Part shown: piece by piece, positions 57,409 to 64,000 of the stretch
Position numbering within the stretch: the stretch's first letter is position 1
Layout of the letters: the number at the start of each line of letters is the position of its first letter
Origin: an uncultured bacterium
GTDB taxonomy: Bacteria > Hydrogenedentota > Hydrogenedentia > Hydrogenedentales > Hydrogenedentaceae
Length of the DNA: 64,000 nucleotides
Direction of reading: 5' to 3'
Assembly (NCBI GenBank): GCA_937124615.1
Contig: CAKZKR010000109.1
Coordinates: forward strand, 12,338-76,337
Made by a program: the position numbers and the translations under genes
Notes under the pieces: model-generated
The model's database searches: none
What the model saw: the letters and a program-made list of their open reading frames with translations, nothing else
What the model was told of the DNA's origin: nothing

Positions 57409-58941
57409 ATGCTTAATCTGGGTTATGTATTGGAAGAAACTGCAAAGAACTACCCGAATGTAACAGCAGTTATTTTGGACCAGATAAAAATAAGTTATGA
57501 ACAGTTGAATAAATATTCCAATCGGGTAGCAAATATCTTAAAACAAAAAGGATTGAAAAGAGGAGATAAGGTTGCTATGATGATTCCCAATCTTCCTTAT
57601 TTCCCTATGATATATTATGGGATATTAAAGGCAGGAGGTGTCGTTGTCCCGGTAAATGTGTTGTATCAAAAAATGGAAATTGAACATTATATAAAAGATT
57701 CGGAATCAGTAGCATTTATTGTATATCATGGTTGTGCTGGAGAGGCCGTAAAAGCATATCAATCTGTGGATACTTGTAAACATCTTATTATTATCCCTCC
57801 AATGGATAACATGGGAGATTTGGAAGTTGGTGAGAATTTTAATAAGTTGATTATGGAATCGAGTGATGAATTTGATGTTGTGCAAACGATGCCTGATGAT
57901 ACCGCAGTAATACTGTATACATCAGGGACAACAGGGGCCCCAAAAGGAGCAGAGTTAACACATTTTAATATGTTTTTTAACTCTTACTATGCCTCTCATG
58001 AAATTGTTCGGGTAAAACCGGGACTTGTAGCACTTGTTGTGTTACCCTTGTTTCACTCGTTTGGTCAGACCTGTGTTATGAATGCGTGTATTATGAGAGG
58101 TGGAACTCTGTCTATGCTTCCACGATTTGAAACTCAGAAAGCCATGGAAGTTATAGCAAGAGACCGTATCAATGTTCTTGCCATGGTTCCAACAATGTAT
58201 GCGTTTATATTAAATGCCCCCAATTGGAAAGATTATGATTTTTCTTGTGTTACATTGGCTGTATCAGGTGGAGCTGCATTGCCCGCGGATATACATCAAA
58301 GATTTCAAGAGCGATATGGGATAACAATCTTGGAGGGATACGGTTTATCGGAAACAAGTCCGGTGGCTTCTTTTACTGTGTTAGGTGAAGAGGTTCGGGT
58401 GGGCTCTATTGGTAAACCTATATGGGGAGTGGATATGCGCATTATGAGAGACGATGGAACCTTCGCAGGACCGGATGAAATCGGAGAAATTGTGATTCGT
58501 GGTCATAATGTAATGAAGGGATATTATAAAAGGACAGAAGCAACTTTAGAAGTAATGGTAAATGATTGGTTTCATACAGGAGATATGGGACGAACAGATA
58601 AAGATGGATATTTTTATATTGTTGACCGCAAAAAAGAATTGATTATTCGTGGTGGTATGAACATATATCCACGGGAAATTGAAGAAGTTTTGTATACACA
58701 CCCCAAAGTTCTTGAAGCAGCTGTAGTTGGGATTCCTGATAAATTGAGGGGCGAAGAAGTTCGTGTTTATGTTTCTCCAAAGGAGGGAGAAGAAATCCAC
58801 CCTGAGGAAATTATGCAGTTCTTGCAGGAAAAAATTGCGAAGTTTAAATGGCCAAAAGATGTGGTTGTTTTGCCCCAATTACCCAAAGGCCCCACCGGGA
58901 AAATATTAAAACGCCAGTTACGAACCATGCCTATCGTTTGA
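57409..58941 (+). CDS. Long-chain-fatty-acid--CoA ligase (AMP-binding enzyme family)
   Basis: AMP-binding signature YTSGTTGAPKG and the downstream GYGLSET and GDMG...DGYFYIVDRKKELI motifs. Start is ATG 57409, with RBS aaggagac 7 nt upstream. The ORF-track start 57340 is less likely. Confidence 0.85.
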   Translation: MLNLGYVLEETAKNYPNVTAVILDQIKISYEQLNKYSNRVANILKQKGLKRGDKVAMMIPNLPYFPMIYYGILKAGGVVVPVNVLYQKMEIEHYIKDSESVAFIVYHGCAGEAVKAYQSVDTCKHLIIIPPMDNMGDLEVGENFNKLIMESSDEFDVVQTMPDDTAVILYTSGTTGAPKGAELTHFNMFFNSYYASHEIVRVKPGLVALVVLPLFHSFGQTCVMNACIMRGGTLSMLPRFETQKAMEVIARDRINVLAMVPTMYAFILNAPNWKDYDFSCVTLAVSGGAALPADIHQRFQERYGITILEGYGLSETSPVASFTVLGEEVRVGSIGKPIWGVDMRIMRDDGTFAGPDEIGEIVIRGHNVMKGYYKRTEATLEVMVNDWFHTGDMGRTDKDGYFYIVDRKKELIIRGGMNIYPREIEEVLYTHPKVLEAAVVGIPDKLRGEEVRVYVSPKEGEEIHPEEIMQFLQEKIAKFKWPKDVVVLPQLPKGPTGKILKRQLRTMPIV

Positions 58942-59240
58942 TTTTTCTAAAAAGTAATAATAATCCTCAGTATGGTTTCTGAATGGGTTTGTTTGTATCT
59001 GTTTATAAACCAATATAATTTTTTCTTATGAACTTTATAAGTTTTTATTATGAATAGTTTTATATCAAATAAAAGATATGGTAAAAATATTTCAAGAAAA
59101 ATACAGTGTTGTAAGTTATTGATATTTAGACACATAAAAAATGGAAATGTTTCACAATTAAATTAGTGAAAAAAATGAATATAACTAAAATAGTAATTTT
59201 ATAAAAGAATAAAAGTATTTAATGAAAAATAGAAATTATG

Positions 59241-59270
59241 TTGACAAAGGGTATCTATATGTAGTATAAA
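59241..59270 (+). promoter_or_regulatory. Consensus-like sigma-70 promoter (TTGACA-N18-TATAAA) for the micro-protein gene
   Basis: TTGACA at 59241-59246 and TATAAA at 59265-59270, about 85 nt upstream of ATG 59355. Confidence 0.5.
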
Positions 59271-59354
59271 TATTAACGGTATACCACAATATAAAAGTTT
59301 GGTATACCCTGTGTATATCACAACTTATGTAAACTAATAAAAAGGAGAATGGAA

Positions 59355-59450
59355 ATGGCTACAGCTAAAAAGGCCGCTGCAAAGAAGGCTCCTGCGAAGA
59401 AAGCCGCTGCAAAGAAGGCTCCTGCAAAGAAAGCAGGTTGCAAAAAGTAA
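59355..59450 (+). CDS. 31-aa lysine/alanine-rich basic micro-protein (AKKA/PAKK repeats; histone H1/HU-tail-like, candidate nucleoid-associated peptide)
   Basis: RBS aaaggaga 6 nt upstream. Translation is MATAKKAAAKKAPAKKAAAKKAPAKKAGCKK. It contains an internal 30-nt tandem duplication and is GC-rich relative to its surroundings. It is bracketed by a promoter and a strong terminator, and is not in the ORF track (<60 aa). Confidence 0.55.
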   Translation: MATAKKAAAKKAPAKKAAAKKAPAKKAGCKK

Positions 59451-59478
59451 AGTAGGATAAGATTTCTACTTTTTCACG

Positions 59479-59513
59479 CACAGGTCACATGAAAATGTGA
59501 CCTGTGTTTTTTT
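59479..59513 (+). terminator. Rho-independent terminator after the micro-protein gene
   Basis: CACAGGTCACA-tgaaaa-TGTGACCTGTG is a perfect 11-bp stem followed by T7. Confidence 0.9.
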
Positions 59514-59619
59514 AAGTTTATTTTTTTATTGTGTTTGGTATAAATTTGATAAATGGAAAAGTCATTTTGTAAAATTTGGACTATTTAAGATTATTATTAT
59601 ATAAACATAAGGTTTTTTT

Positions 59620-60495
59620 ATGAAACGGCATATAACATTTTTAACCCTTATTATTTTTTGTTTTGTAATTTGTTTTGGTCTTTTTTTCCTGCAAAAACAG
59701 GGTTTTGCTGAAGAGATAATAAAGGTCATGACTTTTAATCTCCGATACGGAACTGCCATGGACGGACCCAATCACTGGAATAAAAGGAAAGATATCCTTG
59801 TGGAAGTTATAAAAAATTATGACCCGGATATATTAGGGACTCAAGAGTGTCTTGATTTTCAGGCAAAGTATATCGAAGAACAAATATCTTCGTATTCTTT
59901 TATTGGGAGAGGGAGAGAAAAAGATGGTTCTAGTGAGCAGACATCTATATTTTACAAAAAGGATATGTGGGAGGCTTTAGAGACGCAATTTTTCTGGATT
60001 TCAGAAACACCGGAGGAGCCCGGTTCAAAATCATGGGATACTGTTTGTACTCGAATTGTTACCTGGGTGAAATTAAAACATAAACCTACAGGGAAGAAGA
60101 TTCTGTTTGTTAACACACATTTAGACCATAAGGGTGAAGTTGCTCGACAAAAAGGAGCGGAAATAATTTGTGAAAAGATTAAAAAGGATAATGAAAATCT
60201 TCCGGTTATAATCACAGGTGATTTTAATGCGGTTGGTGAAAAATCAGAGACATGGAAAATTTTTATGAATAATGGCTTGAATGATTCATGGATGAAATCA
60301 AATGAGAAAAAGGGACCTATAACAACATGGTGTGGATTTAAAGACCCTGATACCAATTCCGATTATCGGATTGATTGGATTTTATATCAAGGACCTTTTC
60401 AACCATTGAAATATGAAACAATTGTTTATAGTAAGGAAGGAAAATACCCCTCAGATCATTTCCCTGTTATAGTTTTTTTCAAGTGGGGTTTATAG
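59620..60495 (+). CDS. Secreted endonuclease/exonuclease/phosphatase (EEP) family protein
   Basis: Signal peptide. EEP motifs MTFNLRYG, LGTQE, NTHLDH, GDFN, SDHFPV. Confidence 0.8.
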   Translation: MKRHITFLTLIIFCFVICFGLFFLQKQGFAEEIIKVMTFNLRYGTAMDGPNHWNKRKDILVEVIKNYDPDILGTQECLDFQAKYIEEQISSYSFIGRGREKDGSSEQTSIFYKKDMWEALETQFFWISETPEEPGSKSWDTVCTRIVTWVKLKHKPTGKKILFVNTHLDHKGEVARQKGAEIICEKIKKDNENLPVIITGDFNAVGEKSETWKIFMNNGLNDSWMKSNEKKGPITTWCGFKDPDTNSDYRIDWILYQGPFQPLKYETIVYSKEGKYPSDHFPVIVFFKWGL

Positions 60496-60582
60496 TTGGT
60501 ATAATTACCTATCATTTCCCTTTTTTTAATTCCAGATATATATATAAATAGAAATTTAGTTATTACAAATGGAGGTATCATT

Positions 60583-61344
60583 GTGCCAAAAGTAAAAGTA
60601 ATAACTTTTGATTTGTGGGATTGCCTTTTTATCGATGACAGTGATGAACCCAAAAGAATCAAAGCAGGTTTGAAAAGTAAGAAAATTACTCGCCGGGAAA
60701 TACTTCACAGGGCCCTGTCAAAAATATCATCTATCGACCGTATTCTCGTTGATGTTGCCTTTGATGTAGTTGATTCTGCGTTTCGTAAAGTATGGCATGA
60801 CCAACTTGTAACATGGACAGTAGCAGAACGCCTATCTGTTTTGTTGGAAGGATTGGGATGTTCTTTACCTGAAGATGTGTTTAATGAAATTGTTAAGTCT
60901 TATGAAGATATGGAAATTCAATACATGCCGGACCCTGTTCCAGGGGCCGTAGAAGCATTGAGAGAATTGAATAAACAATATAAATTAGCCATTATATCTG
61001 ACGCTATTTTTACACCTGGTAGAAATTTGAGAGTATTATTAAAAGAAGCAGGAATGTATCCCTATTTTGATTATTTTGTTTTTTCAGATGAAATAGGTGT
61101 TTCCAAACCGCATCCGGCAGTTTTTGAAGCAGTAGCACGACATTTTAATGTAGAATTTAAGAATATTGTTCATGTTGGAGACCGTCCCCACAACGATATT
61201 TTAGGACCCCAGTCTATTGGGGCGAGAGGTGTACTTTTGACTTCTGCAAAGGATAGGCCGTTAAATGGAACCTGTCCTGATGCTATTTGTAGAAGATATG
61301 AGGACTTACCACATATTATTTATGAGTTGGATCAGGAAGACTAA
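60583..61344 (+). CDS. HAD-superfamily hydrolase
   Basis: Motif I DLWDCLF (DxD), plus later S/T, K and GDxxxND (VGDRPHNDI) motifs. Confidence 0.8.
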   Translation: MPKVKVITFDLWDCLFIDDSDEPKRIKAGLKSKKITRREILHRALSKISSIDRILVDVAFDVVDSAFRKVWHDQLVTWTVAERLSVLLEGLGCSLPEDVFNEIVKSYEDMEIQYMPDPVPGAVEALRELNKQYKLAIISDAIFTPGRNLRVLLKEAGMYPYFDYFVFSDEIGVSKPHPAVFEAVARHFNVEFKNIVHVGDRPHNDILGPQSIGARGVLLTSAKDRPLNGTCPDAICRRYEDLPHIIYELDQED

Positions 61345-61398
61345 TTTATAAATTGTAATGCAAATACATTAAAAGTTAAGTAGTAAAGGAGTTTTTAT

Positions 61399-62259
61399 AT
61401 GAGTAAAGCCCCACAATTCCTTATAGTAGATGGGTATCCTCCCCAAAGTCGTGAACAATTCAATCGGGTTGGAATGGGACTTGCCGGAGTGCTTTATGCT
61501 GATTTATTGCTTAAGTACCTACCTGGGGCAAAGTATGATATTTGGTATAGTAGTGATGAAGGAGCTGTTCCGCCAACGGATGAACAGTTGAGTCAGTATA
61601 CGGCTGTTATCTGGCCCGGATGTAATCTTACAATTTATCATGATGACCCTCGTGTTCATGCACATATTCGTTTGTGTCAGCGTTGTTATGAAGCAGGGAT
61701 CCCGCAAATTGGTAGTTGTTGGGGAATTCAATTAGCAAACTATGCAGCAGGGGGGAAAGTAGAGGCTCATCCTAAAGGTCGAGAGATGGGGATAGCAACA
61801 AAGATCCGAATAACAGAAGAAGGAAAAAAACATCCTATGTTTAGGGGGAAACCCGAGGTGTATTCTCATTTTGTAAGTCATGATGATCATGTAACTAAGT
61901 TGGCGGATGGAGCCATACTTTTGGCAGGGAATGATTGGAGTTTTGTTCAGGCTTGCGAGGTCCATTATAAAAAAGGAGTTTTCTGGGCAACACAATATCA
62001 TCCCGAATATAATCTTCATGAAGTTGCAAGGTTGATTATTGCTCGGGAGGCCAAACTTATTCAACAAGGGATGTTCCGTGACCATGAAGACCTGATGATA
62101 TATGTAACGCGTCTCGAAATGGTATACGAAAATCCTTCTTTAAAATATATTCGATGGCAGTATAAGATAGATGATGATTTAATTGATGACAAAATTCGTG
62201 AATGCGAGTTTATCAATTGGATAGAACATATAATTAAACCTCGGATTGCAGGGAAATAG
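61399..62259 (+). CDS. Class I glutamine amidotransferase-like (GATase1) domain protein
   Basis: Nucleophile elbow GSCWGIQ and a downstream His (YHPEY) are consistent with a type 1 GATase. Confidence 0.65.
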   Translation: MSKAPQFLIVDGYPPQSREQFNRVGMGLAGVLYADLLLKYLPGAKYDIWYSSDEGAVPPTDEQLSQYTAVIWPGCNLTIYHDDPRVHAHIRLCQRCYEAGIPQIGSCWGIQLANYAAGGKVEAHPKGREMGIATKIRITEEGKKHPMFRGKPEVYSHFVSHDDHVTKLADGAILLAGNDWSFVQACEVHYKKGVFWATQYHPEYNLHEVARLIIAREAKLIQQGMFRDHEDLMIYVTRLEMVYENPSLKYIRWQYKIDDDLIDDKIRECEFINWIEHIIKPRIAGK

Positions 62260-62309
62260 TTTATTTTAGATAATTCTTATGAAAATATGAGTTAATATAG
62301 GGTTTGCAA

Positions 62310-64000
62310 TTAGAAAATTCGCGGTATATTTTTTAAGTATTCGCTATATTGACATAAGTGTACTATTGATTTTGCCATGTTCGTTGGATTTTGAAATACA
62401 TAAATGCCCATCTCTTCAAGTCTTTTTAGAACGGGGTTGATACCTCCCCAATGTGAGAGAATTGTTGTATCAGAGGCTACAACGATAGGTTTTTGGTAGA
62501 TTTGCATAATATTTGTTATCTCTTCTGCATCTCTTATCTCAATTTGCATACCGATTTCTGAAAGTTTGTCTAACCCCAGGTTTTTTGCAAGGTCTAAATT
62601 CTGAAATCGTATATATGCACTTGCAATGTAACCGATTCCCAGTATAACCAAGATGTCAATATTATTGTCTTGTATAAGAATTTCCATAGCATTTTTAAAT
62701 AAATCTATATCGGTTCCTGCTACCATATCTACGGGATTCGTGCGATTCCACCATTTTGGCATAATCTGGTCTAATTTTTTTAGTGTTTCATCAGAAAGTG
62801 AAATAACATTTAGTCCTGCTTTAGCACAAGCATCGGCGGTGATAACTCCCCAACCACCTCCCTGTGATAAAATCCCAACATTTCTGCCACGAGGGAGAGG
62901 GACATTTGAGAGAAGATGTGCTGTTTCAGTGGCTTCATATACATCCTCTGTTACTATGGCCCCTTGTTGAATACAAATCCCCCGAAAAAGTCTGTAGTCT
63001 GTGGCTAATGCTCCTGTATGTGAAGATGCGGCTCGAGAACCTGCTTGTGTTTTTCCCCCTTTCAGAACTATAACGGGTTTCTTTTGTGTTACCTGTTTTA
63101 GTCTATCAAAGAAAAGTTGGATATGTCTTGCACTTTCAATATATGAAATAATTACCTTTGTTTTAGGGTCAGATCCAAAAAATTGAAGGTAATGATAATT
63201 CTTTATAACGGCTTCGTTACCTGTGCTGATAAATCGTGAAACGCCCAATTTATGTTCCATTGCCCAACTAATGATTGTATTCCCTATATTTCCACTTTGA
63301 GATAATATGCCTAATCCCCCAGCATCAGGGTATCTCCCTATCATAGAGCAATATAGTTTTTTGGGGCTGGGACTAATAACCCCGGCACAGTTTGGACCAA
63401 TAAGGTATATATTATGTTTTTTTGTAACTTGTCTCAATTCCTCCTGGGCAGATTGTGCTTCTTTATCATCCAGTTCTCCAAAGCCTGCTGTGATGACTAA
63501 AATATCTTCAATACCTTTTTTAATACATTCATGAACGCAAGAGAGAACAAATTGAGGGGGCACAATAATAATGGCTAAATCGACTGGCTCTGGTAAGGTG
63601 TTAATAGATGGGTAGCAAGGTATTTTCAATACTTCATTTCGTTTTGGATTTACACCATATATTTTCCCCATATATCCACCGGCTAAGGTATTGAACAAAA
63701 CACGGAAACCCCACTTTAATGGATTATCGGTAATTCCAACAATGGCTATACTGTTCGGTTCAAATAGTTTTAATAACTTATCATATTCAATTAAGGACTC
63801 CTCTATTTCTTGATTTTGGGCAGGTGAAACACCTTTTATTGCGAGTGCATCAACAGCAATAGGAGTGTCGTGATGAATTAGAACAGGGTTTAGTTCGAAT
63901 TGGCTGATTTCTGTTTCATTAATTAAAAGGTTCTCAATGGATTTTATTGTTAGAAAAAGATTATTTAAGTTTATAGGAGGGTCCCCTCGAAAAGAGTAAA
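62310..64000 (-). CDS. ADP-forming acetate--CoA ligase (NDP-forming acyl-CoA synthetase) family protein, 5'-partial; ATP-grasp C-terminal segment followed in-frame by CoA-binding and CoA-ligase domains
   Basis: The minus-strand frame is open from the window edge: ...FELNPVLIHHDTPIAVDALAIKG... (SucC/ACD-beta-like end) continues into LFEPNSIAIVGITDNPLKWGFRVLFNTLAGGYMGKIYGVNP (ACD alpha N-terminus) and on to the stop at 62310. The ORF-track TTG start at 63698 is internal. Confidence 0.7.
   Translation of the reverse strand, partial: YSFRGDPPINLNNLFLTIKSIENLLINETEISQFELNPVLIHHDTPIAVDALAIKGVSPAQNQEIEESLIEYDKLLKLFEPNSIAIVGITDNPLKWGFRVLFNTLAGGYMGKIYGVNPKRNEVLKIPCYPSINTLPEPVDLAIIIVPPQFVLSCVHECIKKGIEDILVITAGFGELDDKEAQSAQEELRQVTKKHNIYLIGPNCAGVISPSPKKLYCSMIGRYPDAGGLGILSQSGNIGNTIISWAMEHKLGVSRFISTGNEAVIKNYHYLQFFGSDPKTKVIISYIESARHIQLFFDRLKQVTQKKPVIVLKGGKTQAGSRAASSHTGALATDYRLFRGICIQQGAIVTEDVYEATETAHLLSNVPLPRGRNVGILSQGGGWGVITADACAKAGLNVISLSDETLKKLDQIMPKWWNRTNPVDMVAGTDIDLFKNAMEILIQDNNIDILVILGIGYIASAYIRFQNLDLAKNLGLDKLSEIGMQIEIRDAEEITNIMQIYQKPIVVASDTTILSHWGGINPVLKRLEEMGIYVFQNPTNMAKSIVHLCQYSEYLKNIPRIF

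Noticed and set aside
63696-63785. Possible internal starts (TTG 63698 per the ORF track; an apparent ATG near 63783 that I first read from a mis-copied line)
   Set aside because: Careful codon-by-codon reading shows the minus-strand frame stays open up to the window edge at 64000. It encodes sensible ATP-grasp-like sequence, so the gene is 5'-partial rather than starting here.
1-64000. Searched by eye for tRNA (GGTTCGAATCC-type T-arms), rRNA and transposase/integrase signatures
   Set aside because: None was seen. No inverted-repeat-flanked element or compositional island other than 13068-13232 and the micro-protein gene was apparent.

Overview
This 64 kb window is low-GC (my estimate, high 30s %) and densely coding. 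It looks like core chromosome of a diderm, flagellated bacterium, with Tol/TonB/ExbBD components, T2SS/T4P-like pseudopilins, and a fliM-fliN-fliA block. I found no rRNA, tRNA, CRISPR array, transposase, integrase or phage genes.

Recognisable housekeeping genes include a partial pbpC, tolB, smpB, the yacL-ispD-ispF trio, punA, tatD, truA, argS, aspS and argC-argJ-argB directly followed by exbB-exbD-tonB. There are also two GtrB-like GT2 glycosyltransferases plus a GT-C-like membrane protein, a PP2C phosphatase, a LarA-like enzyme, a fatty-acid CoA ligase, an EEP hydrolase, a HAD hydrolase, a GATase1 protein and a 5'-partial ADP-forming acetyl-CoA-synthetase-like gene.

The most notable observations are:
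- A hybrid PAS-histidine kinase/receiver gene is split by a +1 frameshift inside a T7/A7 homopolymer.
- A GC-rich structured island sits in a 1.1 kb AT-rich spacer upstream of fliM and is a candidate small RNA.
- Three uncharacterised ORFs lie between fliA and an flhB-C-terminal-like gene; one is a membrane-anchored coiled-coil protein with a sigma-70 region-4-like HTH.
- A 31-aa AKKA-repeat, highly basic micro-protein gene has a consensus promoter and a strong terminator, and is not in the ORF track.
- An orphan pair of radical SAM enzymes (B12-binding class B plus a small one) has no nearby precursor peptide.
- The CoA-ligase-family gene shows an apparent ATP-grasp-then-CoA-binding domain order.

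All functional calls come from motif and domain recognition by eye; no database search was possible.
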